Origin: an uncultured delta proteobacterium
GTDB taxonomy: Bacteria > Desulfobacterota > Desulfobacteria > Desulfobacterales > QNYZ01
Length of the DNA stretch: 64,000 nt
NCBI GenBank assembly: GCA_963845145.1
Contig: CAWJQU010000001.1
Location: 256,001 to 320,000, forward strand
Reading direction: 5' to 3'
Shown one piece after another: positions 31,695 to 43,568 of this stretch. Made by a program: the position numbers and the translations under genes. Positions within the stretch are counted from its first letter, which is position 1; each line of letters opens with the position of its first letter. The notes beneath the pieces are model-generated. The model had not been told where the DNA came from. It did no database searches and saw nothing but the letters and a program-made list of their open reading frames with translations.

Positions 31695-34307
31695 ATGATT
31701 GAAATAAAAGAGTTACGAGCATTGCGTGGCCCCAATCGGCATACTCGACATACGGCCATATTCATGGTTGTGGATATTAAAGAGTATGAGAGCCGACCGT
31801 CAGATAAAATCAAAGGATTTTCGGATCGGTTATTGACACTTATTCCAACCTTTCAAGAACACGGCTGTTCCATTGGAAAGCCCGGTGGCTTTATCCAAAG
31901 GCTTAAAACCGGAACCTGGGCCGGCCATATTATTGAGCATATTGCCATTGAGCTTCAATGCTTGGCTGGAATGGAAGTTGGATACGGGAAAACCCTGGAT
32001 ACATCGAAAAAGGGAATTTATATTGTGGTCTTCCGGTATCTCGTGGAATCTGCTGGATTAAAAGCAGCAAAAGAAGCCGTATCCCTGTTCGAAGCCGTCG
32101 CCCAAGGAAAGAATTTCGATGTCAGCCAGGTTGTTTCCGATCTCAAGGTCCTGCGCGAAGATGATATGTTAGGACCCACTACCTGGAGTATTGTTAAAGA
32201 AGCCAAATCAAGGGGCATCCCTTTTATTCGGTTAAATGAAGACAGTCATATCCAGTTGGGGTATGGCGCCAATCAAAAACGGATTCAGGCCTCCATAACC
32301 TGTCATACTTCGGCCATTGCCGTAGAAACTGCCGATGAAAAGACAAGAGTGAAGGCGTATTTAAAGAGATCGGGTATTCCGGTTCCAAACGGCCAGATGG
32401 TTTCAACCCAAGAAGAGGCCATAGCCGTTTTTAATGAAATAGGCGCAGCTGTTGTTGTCAAGCCGGATGTGGGGAATCATGGTAACGGGTCTACGATCAA
32501 TATTACCGATTTGGATCAATTAAAGAAGGCTTTTCAAGCGGCTCAAGCCTACCACCCCGATGTGATTGTTGAAGAGTATGTTCATGGGGGTGATTTTCGT
32601 TTTTTAGTAATAGATGGAAAATTCATTGCAGCAGCCAGGCGAGAACCGGCTCATATAATTGGTGATGGAAAATCCTCCATCAAAGATCTCATTCAAAAAG
32701 TCAATTCAGATCCTCTTCGTGGATTTGGGCATGAAAAAGTTCTAACACAAATCGAAATCGATGAAATGACTGAAAGGCTCTTATCCCTGAGAGGGCTTTC
32801 TCTGGATTCCGTCCCAGGGAAAAGGAGAAGGTCTATCTGAAGGCCACAGCCAATCTTAGCCAGGGGGGTACCGCCACCGATGTTACCGATGAGGTAAACC
32901 CCGATATCCGCTTGATGGCTGAACGGGCCGCCCGGATCATTGGATTGGATTGCGTGGGTGTAGATGCCTTGGCAAAAGACATATCGCTTCCCCTTGATCC
33001 ATCCGGCATAAAAGTGGTTGAAGTGAATGCCGCACCGGGATTCAGGATGCACTTGGAGCCGACAAACGGCCAACCCCGGAATGTTGCAAAACCGATAGTG
33101 GACATGCTCTTCCCGGAGGGTTACACTCAAATTCCCGTTTTGGCTGTGACCGGAACAAACGGTAAAACAACGACCAGTAAATTACTTGCCCATACATTGA
33201 AGTATTCGGGAAAAATTGTCGGCCTGACCTGTACTACCGGCATTACAATTGATGGAAAGCCTATCTTAACCGGAGATTACAGCGGACCGGAGGGAGCCGG
33301 GATTGTTGTCAGGGAACCAACGGTGGACCACATTGTATTGGAAGTGGCTCGTGGGGGAATTGCCAGACGAGGTCTTGGCGTTGATGAAGTTGATGTGGGT
33401 GTGCTGTTAAATATTGGAGAGGACCACTTGGGTACAGACTGGATCGAATCGCAAGAAGATCTATGCCTGGTAAAATCCACGGTAGTAGAAGTCGTCAAAA
33501 AAACGGGGACTTCAGTTTTAAACGCGGATGACGGCATGACCATGAGCATATTGGATCGTGCTCGCGGAAATATCATTCTATTTTCTTTAGACCCAAATAA
33601 TCAAAAAATTAAAGCACATATAAAGGACGGGGGAACCGTTGTCACCGTAGACAAACGAAATGCCATCATTAGAAATAGGGAATTGGACATCATTGTCTGC
33701 ACGCTTGAAGAAATTCCCATTACCTTTGGAGGGATTATTGACTTTAATATCTCAAATGCTCTGGCAGCCATCGGAGCCCTGCATGGCTTAAATCTGCCTA
33801 TTGAACAAATTCGAAATGGAATTATGACATTTTATCCTTCGCCGAATCAAAATCCCGGCCGAATGAATTTATTCGATTTCCAAAAATACAAGGTTCTTTT
33901 GGATTACGGCCATAACCCTGAATCAGCTCGTGCCATGGCCAGATTATTACCCCGGCTTACACAGGGAAGAAAGATTGCTTTATGTCACGGAACAGGAAAT
34001 CGAACCACTGAACAAATCATTGAATATGGTAAAGCGCTGGCTTCGGTATACGATTATATCATACTGGCAGATTTTGATCCCCGTGACAGGCCTATAGGAG
34101 AAACCCCAAAGTTAGTTTATGAGGGGCTTATTAAAGGCGGGTTCCAAGAACAAAATATTGAAATCGTTTCAGAACCGGGGAAAGGCGGTGGATTATCTTT
34201 TTTCAAAGGCCAAAACAGGAGATCTACTGGTCATTCAGCCCGATGAACTCGAACCTGTAATGGGTCAAATCATGGAGCGATACCGGCAGATGGTAACACG
34301 TATCTAA
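31695..34307 (+). CDS. cphA: Cyanophycin synthetase (frameshifts near 32820 and 34180)
   Basis: GPN, CSIG.PGGF, GHIIEH, LGPTT, ATP-grasp VNAAPG, Mur-ligase GTNGKTT, EVARGG, PGRMN, DYGHNP. Confidence 0.9.
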
Positions 34308-34477
34308 TCGATCGATATTTTGTGAAACCCTGAACCAAAAGTGATTATTGTTTTTAATTCTGGCCACATACGACAAATCGCTTTTCGTAACAACTACGAA
34401 TATTTTTACTGCCTTCACCCTTTAGAGAGATTTCTACGATAGTTAAAAATCGTACGCTATAAAAGGGTAACCATGCT

Positions 34478-34744
34478 GTGACTCGAATGATCCTAAACAA
34501 CCAGATCGCCCTTTTGCAAAACGGTGAAGCGTATTTTCCAGCAATGGAAGCGGCGCTGGAACGGGCGATGCATGAAATTTACCTGGAAAGCTATATTTTC
34601 GAAAATGACAATACCCTCGAATGGGTCCGGCTGATGAAGGAAACCATTAAAATTGCTGCAGCCGGTTTCTCCGCGCGCCGGATGGTCAGGCAATACATTG
34701 AAAAGTTCTATTCCACCAGCATTAAAAATGTCCTGGAAGAGTAG
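34478..34744 (+). pseudogene. Chimera: duplicated clsB 5' segment fused to glgP C-terminus
   Basis: 34514-34615 nearly identical to 26816-26917; followed by EWVRLMKETI…FSARRMVRQYIEKFY, typical of the GlgP C-terminus. Confidence 0.8.
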
Positions 34745-34833
34745 TTCATGTCCGTTCGGTGAAACAAACGATATGAAGATGGACTGAATAAAATTTCCAT
34801 CCTGAAAAACAACCTCGAAAAAGGAGCACGACC

Positions 34834-34974
34834 ATGGGAGACAAGGGCGGCAAAAAAAACAAGGAAAAAAGTCAAAAACAAAGCAGTGACAAACAGCGAC
34901 AAAAAACAAAAGACAAGCTTGAAAAACAACAGAAAGGGCGACCAGAATTGGTATTGCCGAAACAAAAATCGTGA
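34834..34974 (+). CDS. Small Lys/Gln-rich protein (46 aa)
   Basis: RBS AAGGAG; MGDKGGKKNKEKSQKQSSDKQRQKTKDKLEKQQKGRPELVLPKQKS; below the ORF-track cutoff. Confidence 0.55.
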   Translation: MGDKGGKKNKEKSQKQSSDKQRQKTKDKLEKQQKGRPELVLPKQKS

Positions 34975-35256
34975 TTCTGCCCACGATTGCGGATCGGGTC
35001 ACGCACATTGTCCATTTTGCCTATCACCCTGCGATAACCGACACTCGCCTGATACGCCTGGCCGAAGAGGACGAGAACATGTAAGCGTGGGGGTGGGGTA
35101 ATTTCTATGCGCTTCTCCGAATAACCGGAAATCGCAAGGTGGCTTTTAAAGAAGGGGGGTAAAACGGCACTGAATTGCAGGATTAGTGTTCAAGGTATGT
35201 TAGGTTTTTGCTATCCAAAAACAGCAATCAAAGAATTACAATAAAAGGAGAAAAAA

Positions 35257-35631
35257 ATGGCTAAAAGAATAGAAATTTACAAGTGTGAAGTATGCGGGAA
35301 TATTGTTGAAGTGCTGCATGGTGGTGATGGGGAACTGGTCTGCTGCGGTGAACCGATGAAGCTGATGGTCGAAAATAAGGTTGACGCCGCTAAAGAAAAA
35401 CATGTGCCTGTCATTGAAAAAATTTCCGGCGGGGTTAAGGTTAAGATCGGCAGTGTGGCTCATCCCATGGAAGATAAACACTACATTGAATGGATTGAAA
35501 TCATAGCTGACGGCAAGGTATATCGGCAGTTTTTGAAGCCGGGTGAAAAACCGGAAGCATCCTTTCAGGTTACTGCTGATAAAATTCAGGCACGGGAATA
35601 CTGTAACCTTCACGGATTATGGAAAGGTTGA
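35257..35631 (+). CDS. dfx: Desulfoferrodoxin (2Fe superoxide reductase)
   Basis: YKCEVCGN…CCG, EKHVP, HPM…[11 protein letters not shown]. Confidence 0.95.
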   Translation: MAKRIEIYKCEVCGNIVEVLHGGDGELVCCGEPMKLMVENKVDAAKEKHVPVIEKISGGVKVKIGSVAHPMEDKHYIEWIEIIADGKVYRQFLKPGEKPEASFQVTADKIQAREYCNLHGLWKG

Positions 35632-35974
35632 TGCTAACTATCATGTAGCTTTCTAATCATATAGTGAAGGCGGGGGATAATACCATATTTACTCCCCCGC
35701 CTAATATCCATCGACACCAAAAAAAGTATTATTATTGTGTCATCTCGTGCCTAACTATGCACACACACTATCTTATCGGGTGTGCAGTCGTGCGCATGCG
35801 GTATGATGTAGGGTTTCACATGACCGCTGAGGAGACGATAACGCTTCCGTTTCCACTGATTGAGAGTAGAATTTCCCTGGTCGTCGGCATCGTGTTGCCG
35901 GTCAAGGAAAAGAAGATGTGTTGCAAAACCATCCCCCTGCTCGTCGGGCTAATTTTCGTGAGGGAGGTATTCGG

Positions 35975-37684
35975 ATGACAGTAGATATCAGTATTTTAAT
36001 CGGCGGTGAAGCCGGACAGGGCATTCAGACCGTCGGTCTGCTGATGGCCCGTACCTGTCACAGGGCGGGTTTGTATGTGATGGCGGTCAATGATTTTGAA
36101 TCACGGATACGGGGCGGTCACAGTTTCATCCAGCTTCGTATCAGCGACCGGCCTGTCCATGGTCCGACCCGGAAATTTCACATGATGGTAGCACTGGATG
36201 AACGAACCTATGGGCTGCACCGACCCGATCTCACAGAAGGTGGATTGGCGCTGATCCCCAAAGATAAAGCGGATACCATGACGCAGCACCAGCAATTCAA
36301 AATGGTAGACTTTGATGGGTTGGCCCAAAAAGCCGGTGGCCGCATCCTCGTCAATACGGTGGCAGCGGGGGCCTGCCTGGCGCTGCTCGGAGCGCCGCTT
36401 GACCTTTTCGAAAACGTTCTGAAAACGACATTCGACCATGTGGAGGAAAAACGTCTCGCACATAATGTTCAAGCGGCCCAATATGGATACGCTGCCGCAG
36501 AGGACGAGACGTTCAAATGGTCATGGCGCTGGGAGATGACATCACCCAAAGGCCGTCTCATTGACGGGGCACATGCTGTGGCTTTCGGTGCACTGGCAGG
36601 AGACTGTCGTTTCAGCGCTTTTTATCCCATGAGTCCGGCCACCGGTATCATTCAACGACTGGTCGACATGGCGCAGACGGTGCCGCTGGTGATTGAACAA
36701 GCCGAAGACGAAATCGCCGCTGTGAACATGGTCATCGGCGCAGCGTTTGCCGGTGTACGCGCCATGACAGCGACTTCAGGGGGCGGTTTTTCGCTGATGA
36801 CAGAAGGACTTGGACTGGCCGCCATCACGGAAACACCCATCGTTATCGTCAATGCGCAGCGGCCCGGGCCGGCCACGGGCCTGCCGACCCGAACGTCACA
36901 GGCCGATCTTCAGTTCGTCATTCATGCCTCCCAGGACGAATTCCCCCGCTTTGTGTTCGCGCCGGGCACCCCGTTCGAAGCCTTTTCGGTGACCGCACGC
37001 GCCTTTGAATTATCCGACCGGTTTCAGGTTCCGGCGATCATCCTGGTTGACCAGTACCTCACCGATTCTCTTTTCGTCGCTGAAGAGTCGTTTGAAGCAC
37101 CGGAAGGGGTCACATCGTTTACCGTCACAGACGACAACCTCGATGATGCCAAGCATTACCGCCGCTATGAGCTGAAGGACAGCGGCATCTCCCCGAGAGC
37201 TCTCCCGTGCAACGGCCGAGCCCTGGTCAAGGTCTGCAGCGACGAGCACGATGAAGAAGGGCACATCACCGAAGATGCCGAAATCCGGGATGCCATGGTG
37301 ACAAAACGCTTTGCTAAAGTGGTGGCCATGCGTAAGGAGATCCGCCCACCGGAGGTAATTCACGCCGGCAGTGACATTTTGTTAATCAGCTGGGGATCTA
37401 TGCGCGGCGCAATGGAAGAGGCGGTCAACCAATTGCGGGCCGACGGTATCAATTGCGGCGGTGTGCATGTTGTTGACATGTGGCCTTTCCCGGATGTCGC
37501 TTTGAGTGAAATTCTGGAAAAAGTCACGCAATTCTTTGTTGTGGAACAAAACCGGTCCGCCCAGCTTGGGAAGTTGATCCGCCAACAAACCGGACGTCAA
37601 TATACCGATGCGGTGCTCAAATACAATGGCCGCCCCATGAGTGCCGATGAAATCACCGACGCCATCAAATCGAAATTAAGGTGA
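35975..37684 (+). CDS. 2-oxoacid:ferredoxin oxidoreductase alpha subunit
   Basis: GGEAGQG, SRIRGGH, YPMSP, EDEIAA, TATSGGGF, RPGPATGLPT. Confidence 0.9.
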   Translation: MTVDISILIGGEAGQGIQTVGLLMARTCHRAGLYVMAVNDFESRIRGGHSFIQLRISDRPVHGPTRKFHMMVALDERTYGLHRPDLTEGGLALIPKDKADTMTQHQQFKMVDFDGLAQKAGGRILVNTVAAGACLALLGAPLDLFENVLKTTFDHVEEKRLAHNVQAAQYGYAAAEDETFKWSWRWEMTSPKGRLIDGAHAVAFGALAGDCRFSAFYPMSPATGIIQRLVDMAQTVPLVIEQAEDEIAAVNMVIGAAFAGVRAMTATSGGGFSLMTEGLGLAAITETPIVIVNAQRPGPATGLPTRTSQADLQFVIHASQDEFPRFVFAPGTPFEAFSVTARAFELSDRFQVPAIILVDQYLTDSLFVAEESFEAPEGVTSFTVTDDNLDDAKHYRRYELKDSGISPRALPCNGRALVKVCSDEHDEEGHITEDAEIRDAMVTKRFAKVVAMRKEIRPPEVIHAGSDILLISWGSMRGAMEEAVNQLRADGINCGGVHVVDMWPFPDVALSEILEKVTQFFVVEQNRSAQLGKLIRQQTGRQYTDAVLKYNGRPMSADEITDAIKSKLR

Positions 37685-37692
37685 GGTATTAA

Positions 37693-38550
37693 ATGGTATC
37701 AACAAACGATTATCATTCTGATTACCCGAATCACTGGTGCCCGGGGTGCGGCAATTTCGAAATTCTCGATGCGATGAAGTCGGCCTTTGCCGGATTGGAT
37801 CTACCGCCCGAAAAGTTCCTCATCGTTTCCGGAATCGGGCAGGCCGCAAAAACACCCCATTTTCTGGAATGCAATTGTTTTCATTCTCTTCACGGACGGG
37901 CGCTGCCCATCGCCACGGGCGCCAAAATAGCCAACCACGATATGACCGTTCTGGTGAGTACTGGTGACGGCGATTGTTACGGTGAAGGCGGCAATCATTT
38001 CATGCAAGCCATTCGCCGCAACATTGATGTGACGGTGCTGGTCCACAACAACGGCATTTACGGCCTCACCAAGGGGCAGGCATCCCCCACCTCCATGGAA
38101 GGCATGCAGACAAAAATGCAACCCGGAGGCGTCATCGCCGGCGCATTCAACCCGCTGGCCGTAGCCTTGTCTCTCGGTGCCGGTTTTGTCGCACGTGGGT
38201 TTTCAGGCGAGGGAGAACAGTTGAGTGAGCTGATTCAAGCTGGCATCCGTCATAGCGGTTTTGCACTAATTGATATCCTGCAGCCCTGTGTATCTTTCAA
38301 TCGACTCAATACGTACAAATGGTACAAGGACAGGATTGAGCCGATAGAAGAAAGCCACGACCAAACCGATCTAATCGCCGCACTCCGGGTTGCCCTCGGG
38401 ACAAATGATCGTATTCCGACGGGGATCTACCATTGCAGGAAATCTCCCTCCTATACGGATCGGATCGACAAACTGAACGACAAACCGTTGACGGATCACC
38501 TGTACCGCCCGGAACTCCTGAAGGCGCTGCTGGCAGGCGGATATCCGTAG
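37693..38550 (+). CDS. 2-oxoacid:ferredoxin oxidoreductase beta subunit
   Basis: WCPGCG, GDGD TPP motif, YGLTKGQASPT, QPCVSFN. Confidence 0.9.
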   Translation: MVSTNDYHSDYPNHWCPGCGNFEILDAMKSAFAGLDLPPEKFLIVSGIGQAAKTPHFLECNCFHSLHGRALPIATGAKIANHDMTVLVSTGDGDCYGEGGNHFMQAIRRNIDVTVLVHNNGIYGLTKGQASPTSMEGMQTKMQPGGVIAGAFNPLAVALSLGAGFVARGFSGEGEQLSELIQAGIRHSGFALIDILQPCVSFNRLNTYKWYKDRIEPIEESHDQTDLIAALRVALGTNDRIPTGIYHCRKSPSYTDRIDKLNDKPLTDHLYRPELLKALLAGGYP

Positions 38551-38830
38551 GCTGACCGATACGGCACACCGGTTGACCTCCCAGCGCCGGCGATTAATAG
38601 CCAGAATACTCGGCTTTGGAAAAAAATGACGGGGAGGCATTCGCATAGCAGGTCATGACAAAAAGAGGTCCTTATCTAAATAAAAATCTGACACGCATCG
38701 CTATTGCCGGTTTTTTTAGTTTAAGGCGTAATCCTTCTTTTGTCATTTTTTCGGAGGGACCAGGCAATGATGTTAATGGAAAATAAGAATACTGGTTATT
38801 CACAATGACAAACATAAAAGGAGAAATATC

Positions 38831-39295
38831 ATGAAAAAAGTCAACAAAATTCTCGTGGCGTGCGATTTGTCAAACTACTCGATCAAGGCAGTCGAGTATG
38901 CTGCCGACATGGCCGAGAGTGTGGACGCCGAACTGGTTATCGTCAACGTGATCAACCAGCGGGATCTGGATATGATCGATAAAGTTGCAAGGCATACAGA
39001 TAAAATCACCGTAGCCAAATATGTCAGTGAAACCAGGGAAAATCGATCCGAAGAGATCGCAAAAGTCCTTGTGGCGTCGAAACGTGATCCCGCGTCATAC
39101 AGGACAGTTTTCATGACCGGCGTCCCTTTCCGGGAGATTCTGGCCGCCATCGAGGAAGAAAAAGCGGACCTTCTCGTCATGGGGACAAAAGGCCGGACCG
39201 ATTTGGAAGATGTTCTTTTTGGAACCACGGCCCAGAAAATGTTTCGCCGGTGTCCCATTCCGTTGTTGAGCATTCGTATGAATACCAACGATTGA
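38831..39295 (+). CDS. Universal stress protein
   Basis: KILVACDLS, DLLVMGTKGR, FGTTA. Confidence 0.9.
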   Translation: MKKVNKILVACDLSNYSIKAVEYAADMAESVDAELVIVNVINQRDLDMIDKVARHTDKITVAKYVSETRENRSEEIAKVLVASKRDPASYRTVFMTGVPFREILAAIEEEKADLLVMGTKGRTDLEDVLFGTTAQKMFRRCPIPLLSIRMNTND

Positions 39296-39313
39296 CGAAA
39301 AGAGGTATGGAAA

Positions 39314-40984
39314 ATGCCGAATGAACAAGCCAGTGAAAGAAAGAGGAAAAAGATGGAGCAAGAAAATTTGATAGGAGACCAAAAACTATTTCCGCGGGCC
39401 ATCGATATACCGGAAGCCCTTTTAATGGATATTCCCTGCATTCAGACCGGCTATCTCGTTGATGGTGAGATTCGGGTCTGGAACGGCCAACGTCAGGAGG
39501 TGCTCTCACCCGTTTGGGCGGCTGGCGACACGGATCCGAAGCCATTTTTTATTGGTGAATATCCGCTGCTGACCGATGTGGAAGCGTTACAGGCCCTTGA
39601 TGCGGCGGTTGCCGCCTATGATCATGGGCGGGGGTTGTGGCCCACCTTGTCCGTTGCCGAGCGAATTGATCACATGGAGCGGTTCGTTTTTCGGATGATT
39701 GAAGAAAAAGACCGGGTCGTGCGATTTCTGATGTGGGAGGTTGGAAAATCGCTTCAGGATTCGGAAAAGGAATTCGACCGGACCATTAAATACATTAACG
39801 ATACCCTCGCCGCACTTAAGGACCTGGATCGAATTTCTTCCCGGTTCACCATCGAGGAGGGCATCATCGGTCAAATTCGGCGCGCTCCACTAGGTGTGGT
39901 GCTCTGCATGGGACCGTTCAATTATCCGCTCAACGAGACATTCACGACCCTGATACCGGCAGTTGTCATGGGAAACACCGTGATCTTAAAGCCACCCAAG
40001 CACGGTGCGCTTCTTTACGCACCGCTTCTGGAAGCCTTCCGCGATGTTTTCCCGAAAGGCGTCATCAACGTCATCTATGGTGAGGGGCGGAAAGTGATTC
40101 CTCCACTCATGGTATCCGGCAAGATCAACGTGCTGGGGCTGATCGGTACGAGCAAGACGGCCAACGCATTGAAAAAACAACATCCCAACCCCAATCGCCT
40201 GCGCTGTGTGCTGGGGTTGGAGGCCAAGAATCCAGCCATTGTTCTGAAAGGAGCCGATCTTGATTTGGCTGTGCGGGAATGCGTTCTCGGCTGCCTTTCG
40301 TTTAACGGGCAGCGCTGCACGGCCCTTAAGATCCTCTTTGTGGAAGGTAGTGTTGCAGGCGCGTTTCTCGATCGATTTACCACAGCCGTTAACGCCCTGC
40401 CCTCTGGAATGCCATGGCGCGAAGGGGTTTTCGTTACCCCGGTCGCGGAAAGAGGCAAGACGGAATACCTGCAGGAACTGGTGTCGGACGCTGTTGGGTT
40501 AGGCGCTCGGGTTGTCAATCAGGCCGGTGGTACTGTTTGCGGCAGCTTCTTTTTTCCTGCCGTCCTGTATCCGGTCAACTCTAAAATGAGAGTCTATCAT
40601 GAAGAGCAGTTCGGACCTGTGGTTCCGGTCCTGTCCTTCGACAAGATTGATGAACCCATCGCCTACATGATCAATTCCAACTATGGCCAACAAGTCAGCA
40701 TTTTCGGAAGCGACCCGGACCAGATCGCTCGATTGATCGACCCGTTGGTAAATCAAGTTTGTCGGGTCAACATCAACAGCCAGTGCCAGCGGGGGCCGGA
40801 CACGTTTCCCTTCACGGGACGCAAGGATTCCGCAGAAGGAACCCTTTCCGTATCCGACGCCTTGCGGGTTTTTTCCATTCGAACCCTGGTTGCCGCCAAA
40901 CAGACCCAGTTGAACAAACAGATCATCACCCGCATCGTGCGAGAACACAAAAGCAAATTTCTGGCGACCGACTTTATTCTATAA
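39314..40984 (+). CDS. Aldehyde dehydrogenase family, probable non-phosphorylating NADP-GAPDH (GapN)
   Basis: GPFNYP, GQRCTA, EEQFGP, QRGPDTFPF; adjacent to fba. Confidence 0.75.
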   Translation: MPNEQASERKRKKMEQENLIGDQKLFPRAIDIPEALLMDIPCIQTGYLVDGEIRVWNGQRQEVLSPVWAAGDTDPKPFFIGEYPLLTDVEALQALDAAVAAYDHGRGLWPTLSVAERIDHMERFVFRMIEEKDRVVRFLMWEVGKSLQDSEKEFDRTIKYINDTLAALKDLDRISSRFTIEEGIIGQIRRAPLGVVLCMGPFNYPLNETFTTLIPAVVMGNTVILKPPKHGALLYAPLLEAFRDVFPKGVINVIYGEGRKVIPPLMVSGKINVLGLIGTSKTANALKKQHPNPNRLRCVLGLEAKNPAIVLKGADLDLAVRECVLGCLSFNGQRCTALKILFVEGSVAGAFLDRFTTAVNALPSGMPWREGVFVTPVAERGKTEYLQELVSDAVGLGARVVNQAGGTVCGSFFFPAVLYPVNSKMRVYHEEQFGPVVPVLSFDKIDEPIAYMINSNYGQQVSIFGSDPDQIARLIDPLVNQVCRVNINSQCQRGPDTFPFTGRKDSAEGTLSVSDALRVFSIRTLVAAKQTQLNKQIITRIVREHKSKFLATDFIL

Positions 40985-40997
40985 TTGGGAGGACTTT

Positions 40998-42030
40998 ATG
41001 CCGGTTCCAGATTACGAGACCTATTGCAAGATGTTAGACCGGGCAAGGGAGAAAAAGTTTGCCTACCCTGCCATCAATGTTTCCTCACTGACTGGCGCCA
41101 ATGCTGTCTTGAAGGGCCTGGCCGAGAGCAGAAGCGACGGGATCATTCAGGTTTCAACAGGAGGTGCGGCCTTCGCGTCCGGCTCCTCAGTAAAAGACAT
41201 GGTTTTAGGGGCTATCTCAATAGCGGAGCATGTACATCGGGTTGCGGATCGCTACGATATATACGTCGCTCTCCACACCGATCACTGCCAACCCAAAGTC
41301 CTCGACAGCTATGTAATTCCGCTAATAGATGAAACAGAGCGGCGCAGGGCGGCAGGCATGTCCAATCTTTTCAACAGTCATATGTTTGACGGGAGTGCAG
41401 TTACGCTTAAAGAGAATCTTGACATTGCCGTTCCGCTTCTGGAACGCTGCCATAAGAATGAAATCATTCTTGAGATCGAGGTGGGGGTCGTCGGTGGCGA
41501 AGAGGACGATGTGAAGGCTGAGGGTCTGATAAGTAAGCTCTACACAACTCCGGAGGATATGTGCGAGGCTGCTCGTCGACTCAATACCATTAAAGATGCC
41601 CGTTACCTTGTGGCAGCTACCTTTGGGAATGTGCACGGGGTCTACAAGCCGGGCATCGTCAAACTGAAGCCGAAGATTCTCAAAGATGGGCAGGATGCCT
41701 TGGAGAAGGCTTACGGGCCGGAAGGCCGCTTTCTTTCTGGTTTTCCATGGAGGCTCCGGCTCATCCTCAGATGAAATCCATGAAGCTATCGATTACGGCG
41801 TCGTAAAGATGAATATCGACACAGATACACAATATGCGTTTACCCGCCCCATCGTTGATCATATTTTCAAGAACTATGACGGTGTCCTCAAAGTCGACGG
41901 GGAAGTGGGAAAGAAAAAGGCCTATGATCCTCGTACCTACCTGGCGTTATCGGAAAGCTCTATGGCGGAGCGTGTAAAACAGGCGGTAATTGAATTAAAA
42001 GGGATTGGTACCACATTGTTTAATGGATGA
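40998..42030 (+). CDS. fbaA: Class II fructose-bisphosphate aldolase (frameshift near 41730)
   Basis: AYPAIN, HTDHC, HMFDGS, GNVHGVY, VFHGGSGS, KMNIDTD, YDPR. Confidence 0.9.
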
Positions 42031-42048
42031 GAGAAAACGGAATGGATT

Positions 42049-43012
42049 ATGGCTACTAAATATCGAGATTATTATAAAATGTTCGGGCTTGAGCGAAACG
42101 CAACAGCAAAGGATATCAAAAAAGCCTACCGGAAATTGGCTCGAAAATATCACCCAGATATTAACAAAGAAAAAACAGCTGAAGAAAATTTCAAAGAAGT
42201 TACCGAAGCCTATGAGGTGCTGAAGGATCCTGAAAAGCGCAAGCGTTATGATCAATTGGGAGATGGATGGAAAAATGGACAGGATTTCAAGCCGCCGCCT
42301 GAATGGAAGCATCACCATTTTGATACAGAATCTGATCAGAGAGAATTTAATAATAGCAAAGGGTTCAGTGATTTTTTTGAAGCTTTATTTAGAGCTAACG
42401 CCGGGCAAAAGGGACAGTCAAATAATTTTGCATCTGGAAGTTTGAATTTGCGAGGGCAAAATCATGAAGCAAAAATAGAAATTAGTTTGGAAGAAGCCTA
42501 TTCGGGTGCGACGTAAAGGTATCAGTCTGCAGAGTTTCGAAATCGATGCTGAAGGACAGGTGACGCCGGTGACTCGGAACTACCAGGTTAAAATTCCAAA
42601 GGGAATTAGCGACGGTGCTAGAATCCGTATGACCGGAAAGGGAGGCCGCGGTGTGAACAGCGGACCTCCCGGTGATTTGTACCTAAAGGTCAATTTTATG
42701 CCCCATCCCCGGTTTAAAGTAGTCGGGCATAATCTGAACATGGATGTACCGATTACACCTTGGGAGGCTGCGCTTGGGGCCACAGTAATCGTCCGGCTGC
42801 TGGATGGGGAGATACATCTGAAAGTTCCGGCTGGTATCCAATCAGGCAAAAAAATGCGTATCAAGGGCAAAGGCATGCCTAAAAAAATGAATGGCAATGG
42901 TGATCTTTATGCATGCATTACCATTGTGATGCCGCAGACATTGACCCAAAAACAAATGGAGTTGTTTGCGGAACTATCAAAAACATCTGATTTCAATCCG
43001 CGCGATTCTTAA
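42049..43012 (+). CDS. cbpA: CbpA/DnaJ-class chaperone (frameshift near 42512)
   Basis: J domain with HPD, FSDFFE, C-terminal PWEAALG; followed by cbpM. Confidence 0.85.
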
Positions 43013-43024
43013 TGGAGATTAGAG

Positions 43025-43363
43025 ATGACGAGAAACTTTTACCATATTATTAATTACCAGAATGAACACCACCTGGCATCTTCCGAGCTTATTTCCATAG
43101 ATGAGTTGGCAAGGTTATCCAAACAGCACGTCGATATGATCAATATGATGGTCGATTGGGGACTAATCGAACCTTCTACAACGGATCCGCAGCCTCTTTT
43201 CTTTGAAGCTACAGTTCCTATAATCTGGAAAATTATTCGTATACGAAAAGATTTGGGGGTAAACTGGTCCGGTATCGGCGTCATACTCACCCTTTTGGAA
43301 CGAGTTGAAAGCCTGGAAAAAGAGGTTGCGCGATTGGAACAAAATTACAATATCCTCAAGTAA
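43025..43363 (+). CDS. cbpM: Chaperone modulator CbpM
   Basis: GLIEP, RIRKDLGVN, LLERVE; directly downstream of cbpA. Confidence 0.75.
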   Translation: MTRNFYHIINYQNEHHLASSELISIDELARLSKQHVDMINMMVDWGLIEPSTTDPQPLFFEATVPIIWKIIRIRKDLGVNWSGIGVILTLLERVESLEKEVARLEQNYNILK

Positions 43364-43568
43364 ATACATCCTGGGCGGTGATAAAATATAGCCGTATTCG
43401 TGTTGAGATAACGTCCATAACTGGCGATCGACTTTAGCTAAAAAAGAGAAAAGGACATCCCGGGTACGTGGGAATGGCTATGCCATATGAATGACATAGT
43501 CATATAAACCTTATAACAAAAATATTTACTTACCTAAAAAAAACGAGAAAATATTTTATAAAACATGA

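Noticed and set aside
32810..32840. Programmed frameshift in cphA
   Set aside because: No such mechanism is known to me for CphA, and similar indels occur throughout the window.
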